DNA of 64,000 nt from Acidimicrobiia bacterium. Lineage in GTDB: Bacteria > Acidobacteriota > Vicinamibacteria > Vicinamibacterales > CAVVIG01. The notes beneath the pieces are model-generated. The model was not told where the DNA came from and made no database searches. It saw only the letters and a list, made by a program, of their open reading frames with translations. The position numbers were made by a program, and so were the translations under genes. Below, in pieces: positions 30,927 through 40,481 of this stretch (positions are counted from its first letter, which is position 1; each line of letters starts with the position of its first letter). The stretch spans positions 37,936-101,935 of the forward strand of contig VFZL01000015.1 in assembly GCA_016871175.1 (NCBI GenBank). The letters are read 5' to 3'.

Positions 30927-32816
30927 CTACAGCTCCACCTGGACGCCCAATTCGACGACCCGATCCGGCGGCACGTGAAAGTACGTGGTCGCGCGCACCG
31001 CGTTGCGGGTCATCAGGACGAATAGCCGATCCCTCCAGGTCCACATGCCCGATCCCTTCGTGACGATCAGAGTTTCGCGGCCCAGAAAGTAGATCACGTC
31101 GCGGTCATCGATCCGGAGCCCTTGCTCTTGCGCCTGCCTCAGCGCGTTCGGCACATCGGGCTCCTCTATGAAGCCGTACTGAACAACGACGTCCGAGATG
31201 CCGTGATCGAATGCCCTGATCAGGATGCGATCCGCTGGCGGGACGATCGGCACGGGTCTTGTGGTCACCATCAGGCGTACGACGTATTCGTGGAGCACCT
31301 TGTTGAATTGGAGGTTGTGCACCAGGGCGGGTGGCGCGCCTTTCGGCTGGGCCGTCATGAACACGGCGGTGCCAGGTACGCGTACCGGGCGTACTTCTGT
31401 CACACGAGCGAGGAAATCGTCGAGCGGCAACGCCCGCGCGGTCAGACGCGCTGCCACGATCTGCCGTCCGGTCTTCCACGTGGTCATCAGCGTGAAGAGC
31501 ACGCCGCCGATGACCAGCGGAAGCCATCCGCCGTGGGTGATCTTGAGCGCGTTGGCGCCGAGGAAGGCGACATCGATCGTGAGGAAGACTCCCGTGACCG
31601 CGGCGACCGCGGCCGGTGACCATCCCCACCGCTCCGTCGCCACGACGTGCAGCAGCACGGCCGTGATCACCATCGTCATCGTCACTGCGATGCCGTAGGC
31701 GGCGGCCAACGCCGTCGACGAACCGAAGCCCACGACGATGAGAATCGTGCTGAGCATGAGGACCGAGTTCACTTGGGGCACGTAGATCTGGCCCATCTCC
31801 TGAGGAGATGTGTGCTGGACGTTGAGACGTGGCGAGTAGCCGAGTTGGATGGCTTGTCTCGTCAACGAGAACGCACCGGAGATGAGCGCCTGTGACGCAA
31901 TAATGGCCGCCGCGGTCGCCAGGCCGACCAAGGGGAACAGCGCCCACGTCGGAGCAAGGCGAAAGAATGGTTGCCGCGCCGCGTCGGGGTCGGCCAGCAG
32001 CAGCGCACCCTGTCCGAAGTAGTTCAGCAGCAGCGCCGGAAGCACCAACGCAAACCAGGCGACGCGAATCGGACGCTTGCCGAAGTGTCCCATGTCCGCG
32101 TAGAGCGCTTCGCCGCCGGTGACGACGAGGAACACGGCGCCCAGCACGGCGAACCCGTGCCAGCCGTGCTCGCGAAAGAATGTGACCACATGCCGTGGGT
32201 CAACGGCGGTGAGCACCTCCGGTTGATGACGCAGCGAGACGATGCCGAGGCCGGCGATGGTGAGGAACCACAGGACCATAATCGGCCCGAACAATCGGCC
32301 GACACGGTCCGTGCCATAGCGTTGGATGCCGAACACCGCCACGAGAATGACCACGGTGGTGGGCACGACATAGGCTCCGAGGAGCGGCGTGGCGACGGTG
32401 AGACCCTCGACCGCACCAAGGACGGTGATCGCGGGGGTGATCATGCCGTCGCCATAGAGCAACGCGGCACCGAAGAGGCCCATCAGGAGCAGTGGCGACC
32501 ACGAATCGGGGTTGCGGTGACGCTGCGGGAGGAGCGCCGAAAGGGAGAGAATCCCGCCCTCGCCCTGATTGTCGGCGCGCATCACAATCGCGATGTACTT
32601 GATCGAGATGACCAAGACGAGCGAGTACACGATGAGCGACAGCACGCCGAGTGCGTTCTCGTGTGTGGCTGGGACGGAGTGCGATCCGAAGAAGCACTCT
32701 TTCATCGCGTACAGCGGACTCGTACCGATGTCGCCGTACACGACGCCGATGGCGGTGAGCGTAACGGGAAGAAGGGAACGCGCAGGCGGGCCGGAACCGA
32801 CTGCCGAGGTCGACAC
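30927..32816 (-). CDS. kup: Potassium transporter Kup (paralog 1)
   Basis: GVVYGDIGTSPLY, RADNQGEGG, YGDGMITPAI, GGEALYADMGHFG, SQALISG. Confidence 0.95.
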   Translation of the reverse strand: MSTSAVGSGPPARSLLPVTLTAIGVVYGDIGTSPLYAMKECFFGSHSVPATHENALGVLSLIVYSLVLVISIKYIAIVMRADNQGEGGILSLSALLPQRHRNPDSWSPLLLMGLFGAALLYGDGMITPAITVLGAVEGLTVATPLLGAYVVPTTVVILVAVFGIQRYGTDRVGRLFGPIMVLWFLTIAGLGIVSLRHQPEVLTAVDPRHVVTFFREHGWHGFAVLGAVFLVVTGGEALYADMGHFGKRPIRVAWFALVLPALLLNYFGQGALLLADPDAARQPFFRLAPTWALFPLVGLATAAAIIASQALISGAFSLTRQAIQLGYSPRLNVQHTSPQEMGQIYVPQVNSVLMLSTILIVVGFGSSTALAAAYGIAVTMTMVITAVLLHVVATERWGWSPAAVAAVTGVFLTIDVAFLGANALKITHGGWLPLVIGGVLFTLMTTWKTGRQIVAARLTARALPLDDFLARVTEVRPVRVPGTAVFMTAQPKGAPPALVHNLQFNKVLHEYVVRLMVTTRPVPIVPPADRILIRAFDHGISDVVVQYGFIEEPDVPNALRQAQEQGLRIDDRDVIYFLGRETLIVTKGSGMWTWRDRLFVLMTRNAVRATTYFHVPPDRVVELGVQVEL

Positions 32817-33112
32817 GTCATGCCTCCAATATCGCCGACGGGGTTAGCTGACGGGCTCGGAGTTGGAAGTCTCCTCCGGATCGGAATCCAGTACGCCCCA
32901 ACAGAACGGGTCCCCCGCGGCGCCCGATCAGTCGGGCGCCCTAGGCCGAATCTCCCTCATACACCTTTCCGGACTGGTTGCCGCAGCTTCCGGTTGTCAG
33001 CTGGTCGCTTCCACCGCGAAGCGCGGTGTGGCATCCTTCGCCGGGCTGGGGAGGAAGGATGGGCTTGAGGATGGCATCGAACGCGCACCGAGAAAGGCCG
33101 GGGTGGACGGTG

Positions 33113-33901
33113 ATGGCGACGGCTCGGCTAGCCTGGGCGATCGTTGTCGTCGCGACGTTGACGTCGTGCGGATCAGATTCGAGCGGTATAGGCGTGGCGG
33201 TCGGCGGCGAGGGCACCGATGCCGCTTCGGGACCTGTCACGAACGCCGCGTCCGGTGAGGGCGCGTCGACGCGTGGGGCACCGGCCAACGATCCGCCGCA
33301 GTTCCGATCCATGGGCGGTGAGAAGTCGGTGACGACGTTCTTCGTGACGAGCCGAGGCACTGGGCGCGGCGGTGACCTCGGCGGCTTAGCCGGTGCGGAC
33401 GCGCACTGCCAGGCCTTGGCGAAGGCGGAGGGTTCTGCCGATCACACCTGGCGCGCGTATCTCAGCACGCACGCGACGCCCACTGCCCCGGCGGTGCACG
33501 CACGCGATCGGATCGGTACGGGACCGTGGTACAACGCCGACGGCTTCCGCATCGCGCGCGACGTCGATGAACTTCATGGCGCGACCAATGGCATCGACAA
33601 GGACAACGGCGTGACGGAACGGCTCGATCCGATCAATGGCGTGGGCGACACGCCGAACCGTCACGACATACTGACTGGCTCAAAACCGGACGGCACGGCG
33701 TTCGATGGTCCAGACGATCTCACCTGCGGCAACTGGACCTCGAGCGCTGAGGGTCGTGCGCAGGTCGGTCACCATGATCGAAAAGGACAAGGCCCAACGG
33801 CAACCTCGTGGAACTCGGCTCACGCTACGCGCGGCTGCAGCCAGTCGCACCTCGAATCCACCGGTGGCGCAGGCCTCTTCTATTGCTTCGCAGTTGATTA
33901 G
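33113..33901 (+). CDS. Lipoprotein with lectin/endostatin-like (DUF1554-like) domain
   Basis: Lipobox LTSC; FFVTS..GDLGGLAGADAHCQALA..WRAYLS..HDILTGS..CGNWTS..LFYCFA. Confidence 0.65.
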   Translation: MATARLAWAIVVVATLTSCGSDSSGIGVAVGGEGTDAASGPVTNAASGEGASTRGAPANDPPQFRSMGGEKSVTTFFVTSRGTGRGGDLGGLAGADAHCQALAKAEGSADHTWRAYLSTHATPTAPAVHARDRIGTGPWYNADGFRIARDVDELHGATNGIDKDNGVTERLDPINGVGDTPNRHDILTGSKPDGTAFDGPDDLTCGNWTSSAEGRAQVGHHDRKGQGPTATSWNSAHATRGCSQSHLESTGGAGLFYCFAVD

Positions 33902-33908
33902 GCGCGGA

Positions 33909-33936
33909 GGGTGGGCAGGGCGCTCCTGACCTACCC
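33909..33936. terminator. Hairpin between convergent genes
   Basis: GGGTGGGCAGG...CCTGACCTACCC imperfect inverted repeat just after stop at 33901. Confidence 0.4.
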
Positions 33937-33950
33937 GCCCCACCGACGCG

Positions 33951-34604
33951 TCACCGAGGGTGAGTGGCGTCGATGCTCCATGGTCCGCAGAGATCCTTGT
34001 CGCCGCCGAACGTGATCACGTACACGGACCCGCCGAGCAGCGGGATGGGCGAGCGCAGCAGCACGTAGTCGGATTCGTTGGGCTCCCACGTATCGCCTGC
34101 TTGACGATAGACGTAACCCGGATTGTTGAAGAACGGCAGCTGTGCCGAGGTCACGGTCAGGATGCCGTCGTGATGCACCGCGATCCGCGCGTACTCGCGC
34201 AGGCCTGGGACACCGATTGGCGACTTGGGGAGGTCCGCACAGTCATTGGTGCCCGAGCGCGTCAGCTGGATGTCGCCTGGAATCGGCGTCAAGGCAATAT
34301 CAAGCCGGCGGGCGCGCGACACATCCTCGATTGTCACGTGCGCGGTCTCGTAGCCAGACGAGGCGATCTCCAGGGCCAGACCGACTGTTGGCGCCACGTC
34401 GAGTGTAAATCGGCCGTCAGCGCCAGTTGTGGCGATCGCCGACGAGGACCCTCCGGACACAGTGACCCGGGCATTGGCGACGACCGTGCTCTCACTCGGC
34501 GCGGACTCGTGGACCAGGCCGCTGATCCGTTCGTTCTGTGCAAGCCTGGCAAGGCCGGCCCATGCCGCGAGAACGATCGCCAGCCTCGCCAGATCGGGAG
34601 TCAT
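33951..34604 (-). CDS. Secreted carboxypeptidase regulatory-like domain protein
   Basis: ISGLVHE..ANARVTV..TTGADGRFTL..SSGYE pattern; hydrophobic N-terminus. Confidence 0.6.
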   Translation of the reverse strand: MTPDLARLAIVLAAWAGLARLAQNERISGLVHESAPSESTVVANARVTVSGGSSSAIATTGADGRFTLDVAPTVGLALEIASSGYETAHVTIEDVSRARRLDIALTPIPGDIQLTRSGTNDCADLPKSPIGVPGLREYARIAVHHDGILTVTSAQLPFFNNPGYVYRQAGDTWEPNESDYVLLRSPIPLLGGSVYVITFGGDKDLCGPWSIDATHPR

Positions 34605-34683
34605 CACGTTCCGCAAGTGTAACCGGTCCCGTATCATCGCGGGCCAGAGCGGACCCGAAGCGTGGTATACCAAGAAGCAACGG

Positions 34684-36651
34684 ATGGCTTCATCAGCGCA
34701 TTTCCCTCGTCCTGACGCGCCCGCACCCCCATCAGCAGACACCGACCGACACGCAGACGCGAGCGGCCACGCGCCGCGCAGCCCACGCGGGCGCTACCTC
34801 TTGACCTTGTCCATCGCGGCCTTGGGCGTCGTGTACGGCGACATTGGCACGTCGCCTCTGTACGCGATCCGCGAGTGCTTCCACGGCCCCCACGCCATCA
34901 CCCCGACGCCGGCCAATGTCATGGGCGTGTTGTCCCTCGTCTTCTGGGCGTTGGTCCTCGTCATCTCCGGCAAGTACTTGACGTTCGTGCTCCGCGCGGA
35001 CAACGACGGCGAAGGTGGCATCCTCGCGCTGACGGCACTGGCGACGCCAATCAAGATCATCAGCAAGGCGGAGAAACTGCCGCTGGTGCTCCTGGGCATC
35101 TTTGGCGCGGCGCTCCTCTACGGCGACGGGATGATCACGCCCGCGATCTCAGTCCTGAGCGCGGTGGAGGGCCTGCAGACCGCCACGCCGGTCTTCGCGC
35201 CCTACGTGGTTCCGATCACGATCGCCATTCTGGTCGGCCTATTTCTGATTCAGAGCCACGGCACCGGCGGCGTCGGTCGCATCTTCGGACCGGTGACGTT
35301 CGTCTGGTTCGCGACGCTCGGCGTGCTCGGCGCGGTTGAGATCGCGCGTCATCCGGCGGTGCTCGCGTCGATCAATCCCGTCCATGCCATCCGGTTCTTC
35401 ACCAACAACGGATGGACCGGCTATCTCATCCTCGGCACCGTCGTGTTGGCCATCACCGGCGGTGAGTCGCTGTACGTGGATCTGGGCCACTTCGGTAAGC
35501 GCCCGATTCGACTGGTCTGGTTCGCCGTCGTCATGCCGGCCCTGCTGCTGAACTACTTCGGGCAAGGCGCGCTGCTCATCAACGACCCCGAGGCCGCGCA
35601 CAATCCGTTCTACTTGCTGGCGCCGAGCTGGGCCTTGTACCCCATGGTGGCACTGGCGACGGCGGCGACCGTGATCGCCTCACAGGCCGTGATCTCCGGT
35701 GCGTTCTCGATCTCCATGCAGGCGGTCCAGTTCGGCTTCTTGCCGCGCCTGCTCGTCACGCACACCTCATCGACGGAGGTCGGACAGATCTATATCCCTT
35801 CGATCAATTGGGCGCTGATGGCGGCGTGCATCCTGCTCGTACTCGGCTTCCGGTCCTCGTCGAACCTCGCCGCGGCTTACGGCGTCGCCGTCATCTCCAC
35901 GATGACGATTACATCGATCATGTTCTTCGTCGTGGCACATCGGCGATGGGGATGGAGTCTGGGCCTCGCGGTCCCTCTCGTCGGGGTGTTCTTGACGATC
36001 GACCTTGCGTTCCTCGGTGCGAATCTAATCAAGATTCCGCAAGGCGGATGGTTCCCGATCGTGGCGGCGCTGGTTGTGCTCACGATCATGACGACTTGGC
36101 GGCGGGGACGACGTGCGTTGACGCGGTTGCTGTTGACCCATGCGCTGCCGGTCGACGAGTTCATGCGCCGCATCCAGCACGACCCGCCGCTGCGCGTGCC
36201 TGGAACGGCGGTGTTCATGAACGGCAACCAGGCCGGTATGCCGCCGGCGCTCCTGCACAACGTGAGGCACAATCACGTGCTGCACGAACGCAATATCTTG
36301 CTGACCGCGAAGACCACCCAAACCCCCCGCGTCAATCCCGAGGAGCGCGTCCAGGTCGAGGCGCTCGGCGAGGGCTTCTGGCGCGTGACGGTCAACTACG
36401 GATTCACGGAAGAGCCGGACATCCCGACGGCGCTGGCCACTCTACGGGACCACGGCCTGGGTCTGGACCTCAAGCGCATCACCTATTTCCTCGGCCGCGA
36501 GACATTGATTCCGACACAGCACGTCGAGGAGATGGCGATCTGGCGAGAGACGCTGTTCGTGACGATGGCGCGCAACGCGTCGAATGCCACCCGCTACTTC
36601 CGGTTGCCGCCGGCCCAGGTGATCGAAGTCGGCGCGCAGCTGGAGATCTAA
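34684..36651 (+). CDS. kup: Potassium transporter Kup (paralog 2)
   Basis: GVVYGDIGTSPLY, RADNDGEGG, YGDGMITPAISV, GGESLYVDLGHFG, SQAVISG. Confidence 0.95.
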   Translation: MASSAHFPRPDAPAPPSADTDRHADASGHAPRSPRGRYLLTLSIAALGVVYGDIGTSPLYAIRECFHGPHAITPTPANVMGVLSLVFWALVLVISGKYLTFVLRADNDGEGGILALTALATPIKIISKAEKLPLVLLGIFGAALLYGDGMITPAISVLSAVEGLQTATPVFAPYVVPITIAILVGLFLIQSHGTGGVGRIFGPVTFVWFATLGVLGAVEIARHPAVLASINPVHAIRFFTNNGWTGYLILGTVVLAITGGESLYVDLGHFGKRPIRLVWFAVVMPALLLNYFGQGALLINDPEAAHNPFYLLAPSWALYPMVALATAATVIASQAVISGAFSISMQAVQFGFLPRLLVTHTSSTEVGQIYIPSINWALMAACILLVLGFRSSSNLAAAYGVAVISTMTITSIMFFVVAHRRWGWSLGLAVPLVGVFLTIDLAFLGANLIKIPQGGWFPIVAALVVLTIMTTWRRGRRALTRLLLTHALPVDEFMRRIQHDPPLRVPGTAVFMNGNQAGMPPALLHNVRHNHVLHERNILLTAKTTQTPRVNPEERVQVEALGEGFWRVTVNYGFTEEPDIPTALATLRDHGLGLDLKRITYFLGRETLIPTQHVEEMAIWRETLFVTMARNASNATRYFRLPPAQVIEVGAQLEI

Positions 36652-36794
36652 CCGTAGGCGGTGCGCGGCTGGGTGGACCGGCGGACCGGCAGAGCGTCCC
36701 CATTCATCGGCTAAGATCAACCGTTCGAGTGGATCGGACGACCGTTCACGAGACAACCAAAGACCGGGTCCATTCCGGCGGCCAACGTGTGGCG

Positions 36795-38990
36795 ATGCAC
36801 AAGACGTCCTCGGGCGCGCTCCTCCTCGCGGTGGGCTGGCTGTTTTCGGTCGTCCCGGTCTTGGGACAGAGCGGCGCGACGGTTGGGGGCACGCTGACCA
36901 ATAGCCTGACCGGTGAGGCCGTGGGCGATGCCACGGTCACGCTCCAGGAGCTCAAGCGCGACGCACGGAGTAGCGCCAGCGGCCAGTTCTCCTTCAGTGA
37001 CGTGCCGCCCGGCCTCTATCACCTGCTGGTGCGGGCCGACAAGTTCATGCCTCAGCGCTCCGAGGTTGTGGTCTCGGGAACGTCGGTGACGCGCGATCTG
37101 CAGATCGATCCCGAGATGCATTACAGCGAGGTGCTGTCGGTCAGTCCGCGCCCCCGCAACCAGTTCGAGTCATACCAACCCACGGCGGTCCTTGCCGGAC
37201 AGGATCTCGAAAAGGAGCGGCAGCCCTCTCTAGCCGAGACGCTGCAGTATGAACCGGGCATGGCGGCGCGCAGCCTGGGGCCGGGTCCGGCTCGGCCAGT
37301 GATCCGCGGACTGGACGGCGACCGCGTGCTGATCTTGCAGGACGGTCAGCGGATGGGCGACCTCTCCAGTCAGTCGGGCGATCATGGGGTCAACGTCAAC
37401 CCTGCCAGCGCGACCCGCATCGAGGTGGTACGCGGACCAGCCACCCTGCTGTACGGCGCGAACGCCATCGGCGGCCTGGTCAACGTCATCGCCGGCGACG
37501 TCCCGACCCTGCCCGTGTCCGGGGCGCACGGATCGGTGTCCCTTGACGCCGCATCGGCTGCGAACGAGGCGGGTGCCGCGGGCGACGTCACACTGGGGAA
37601 CGGCACGTTGGCCCTGCACGTGAGCGGCAGCGGTCGTCGCGCCAGCGATTACGCCACGCCTGACGGCGACGTGCCCAACTCGTTCAGCCGAGGGGGATTC
37701 GCCGGTGCTGGTCTCGCGTGGACCAGCGCGGACGGGTACTTCGGCGGCAGCGTGGGCTACGACAAGACCCGCTACGGCATTCCGCTGATCGAGGACGGCG
37801 AAACCAATCTGACTCCCCGGCGGCGTGTCTTCACGCTGCGCGGAGAGCGTCGAAACCTGCCAGGCCTCTTCGAATCAGTCCGCGGGTCGCTCGGCATCCG
37901 CCGCTATCGGCACGACGAGCTCGATGGCGAGGAAGTCTCCACGCAGTTCTCCAACAACACGACCGAATTCGATCTGCTCGCCCGCCAACGACCGGTGGGA
38001 CGGCTCACGGGATCGGTTGGCGTATGGGCCTTGGGGCGCGGCTTTGCCACGGCAGGCGAAGAGGTGCTGTCGCCCAATGTCGATCAGGCGTCGTTCGCCG
38101 GCTTCCTGTACGAAGAAGTCAACGTCAACCCCCATCTCGCGATTCAGCTTGGCGGACGCCTCGAGCGGTCGTGGTTCACGCCCGAGGCCTCCGCCGACGA
38201 GCCGGAGCGCGCGTTCACGAACGTCTCGGCGTCCGTGGGTCTGCTGGTGCACCCGACGGAAGCGACCACGGTGGCGTTCAACCTCGCGCGCGCGGTCCGC
38301 AATCCCGCGCTGGAAGAGCTGTACTTCCGTGGCCCGCACCGCGGCAACTTCGCGTTCGAGAACGGTGATTCGACGCTGTCGAACGAAAAGGCGCTGGGCT
38401 TCGACCTCTCGGCGCGCTGGCGCGGGCGCCGGACGTCCGGTGAGGTGACGTACTTCTTGAACCACATCAAGGATTTCATCTTCCGCGAGTTCACGGGGCT
38501 CATCGAGGAGGACCTGCCGGAGACGTTCTTCACATCGGGCAACGGCCGGCTGCAGGGGATCGAGTCGCACGTCGATTTCGCGCTGACGTCACTGGTCTCT
38601 GTCGAGGCGGGTCTCGACTACGTGCGCGGCACCTTGACCAGCATCGACCGCCCGATGCCGCGCATCCCGCCGCTGCGCGGCCGCCTCGGCGTACGCCTGC
38701 AACGGAATGCGCTGCAAGCGGGGATCGACGCGGTCTTCACGCGGAAGCAGGATCGCATCTTCACGCTCTCCGGCCCGTTTGGGCCGGTTGGCGAAACGCT
38801 GACCGACGGCTACGGGATCGCGAAGGTGTTCCTGGCCTACTCGTTCGCGAATGGGCCCTCGGTGAGCACCATCACGATCCGCGTGGACAACGTCGGCGAT
38901 CGGCTCTACCGCAATCATCTGAACTACCTCAAGGACCTCGTGCCCGAGATCAGCGGCAACCTCAAGGTCCTGTACAACGTCCGCTTCTGA
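36795..38990 (+). CDS. TonB-dependent receptor, ZnuD-like metal receptor family
   Basis: RPVIRGLDGDRV, SGDHGV, IEVVRGPATLLYG, YRHDE, EELYFRGPH, YRNHL, C-terminal Phe. Confidence 0.8.
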   Translation: MHKTSSGALLLAVGWLFSVVPVLGQSGATVGGTLTNSLTGEAVGDATVTLQELKRDARSSASGQFSFSDVPPGLYHLLVRADKFMPQRSEVVVSGTSVTRDLQIDPEMHYSEVLSVSPRPRNQFESYQPTAVLAGQDLEKERQPSLAETLQYEPGMAARSLGPGPARPVIRGLDGDRVLILQDGQRMGDLSSQSGDHGVNVNPASATRIEVVRGPATLLYGANAIGGLVNVIAGDVPTLPVSGAHGSVSLDAASAANEAGAAGDVTLGNGTLALHVSGSGRRASDYATPDGDVPNSFSRGGFAGAGLAWTSADGYFGGSVGYDKTRYGIPLIEDGETNLTPRRRVFTLRGERRNLPGLFESVRGSLGIRRYRHDELDGEEVSTQFSNNTTEFDLLARQRPVGRLTGSVGVWALGRGFATAGEEVLSPNVDQASFAGFLYEEVNVNPHLAIQLGGRLERSWFTPEASADEPERAFTNVSASVGLLVHPTEATTVAFNLARAVRNPALEELYFRGPHRGNFAFENGDSTLSNEKALGFDLSARWRGRRTSGEVTYFLNHIKDFIFREFTGLIEEDLPETFFTSGNGRLQGIESHVDFALTSLVSVEAGLDYVRGTLTSIDRPMPRIPPLRGRLGVRLQRNALQAGIDAVFTRKQDRIFTLSGPFGPVGETLTDGYGIAKVFLAYSFANGPSVSTITIRVDNVGDRLYRNHLNYLKDLVPEISGNLKVLYNVRF

Positions 38991-39169
38991 CAAGCGGACG
39001 GATGCACTGGCCCGGCGGCAGCCCCGGCGCCCGCAACGGTTCGGTCTACCACATCACTACCTCGTGCGAAGACCTGACCGAAGGAGTCGCGTTCGCGCCC
39101 TCCAATACGGGGCCCGGTCGTAGAATCGTGTCCGCCCGGCATGGCCATCTGGTCTGCGCAGGAGGAACT

Positions 39170-40364
39170 GTGGCGCTAATCGCGTTCGACGGCACCTGGA
39201 ACGAAGCGAAGGAGACCGAGGATCCGCGCTACAAGAACACGAATGTCTTCCGGTTCTACAAGGCTTATCACGACAACTCGGGCACCGACGACTTCTATGT
39301 GCCCGGCGTCGGCACGCGCTACGACCTCGTGGGGCGGTATCGTGGGGGGCGTGTTCGGTCTCGGGGTGATCCCGCGCATCCTCGAAGCGTACGATCATCT
39401 CTGCCGCTAGTGGCTGGACCGTGACGATCGCGTCATCGACATCGTCGGCTTCAGTCGAGGCGCCGCGACGACGCTGGACTTCTGTCATCATCTGTTGAAA
39501 CAGGGCATCCGGCGTCCTGGCAGTGACGAGGTCGTTGAGCCGAGCCCGACCATCCGCTTCCTCGGCGTGTGGGATATCGTGGCCGCCTTCGGCCTGGCGA
39601 ACCTCGGGAACACCGAACTGAACATCGGACATCACCTGGGGCTGCCCGCGTCCAACCTCAAGTACTGCTTCCACGCGCTGGCGCTCGACGAGCAGCGACC
39701 GTCGTTTCTGCCCACCCGTTTGCCAGGCGCCTGTGAGGTCTGGTTCCGGGGCGTGCACTCCGACGTCGGCGGCGGCAACGGCAATCGAGGGTTGAACGAC
39801 GTTTCGATGCGCTGGATGCTCAGCAAGGCCAAGGCGGCTGGCCTGCCGATCACGGATGCCGGCATCGCGGCGCTCCAACCGAATCCGGTGGCGGAGCCGA
39901 ACGACGATCATCGGAAGCCGTTCGACATTCGGCTCGTGTCAGCCGTCGAGCGCCGGCACTACACCGTGTCACCTCTCCGAGGCTGGAACATGCCACCGGA
40001 TACCTGCCCAGTCGAGACGGCGGACGACGAACGGCTGGCGGCGCCGATCGGCCCGAAGGGGATCGAGATCCTTCCGACCATCGTGCGCGTCCGCCTCGCG
40101 ACCTTGTGGGAGACCGCCGAGGCGGTCGTGAAAGCCAACGACTTCACACTGGATCAGATCAGAGATCCGCTGCTGACCCTCTTCCAGGGACGCATCGGGC
40201 TCGTCACCAACGACGCGCACCTCACGATCGCTCGAGAGGCCGTGGCGCGGCTCATGAACACGACCATCAAGAACGCCCGAGACCGCGGATTCCACGTGCT
40301 GTCGGAGTTCTTCTTGAACGAGGCGCTCTTCCAGCTTCCGTGCCTCTTTCCGCTCACAGACTGA
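39170..40364 (+). pseudogene. DUF2235 / Tle1-like alpha/beta hydrolase, interrupted
   Basis: GGAGG RBS, FDGTWN, TNVFR, YVPGVGT, GFSRGA, GVWD, HALALDEQR, WFRGVHSDVGGG; frameshift near 39338 and in-frame TAG 39408-39410. Confidence 0.8.
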
Positions 40365-40481
40365 GCTCGATCGTTCCAATCGGGGCTCCGCTGGCAGATG
40401 GGCGCACCCTCGTCGCGTTCGCGCTGCCCGACTCACGTTAGCGCCGGTACGACATCCGCATTGTGCGGTGCTGAGTCGTCC

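Noticed and set aside
35808-36794. 330-aa N-terminal extension of the TonB receptor ORF
   Set aside because: Overlaps kup2 in another frame and is Arg/Gly-rich noise; a signal peptide starts at 36795
36655-36794. Zur/Fur box upstream of the ZnuD-like receptor
   Set aside because: No AT-rich palindrome resembling those boxes is present
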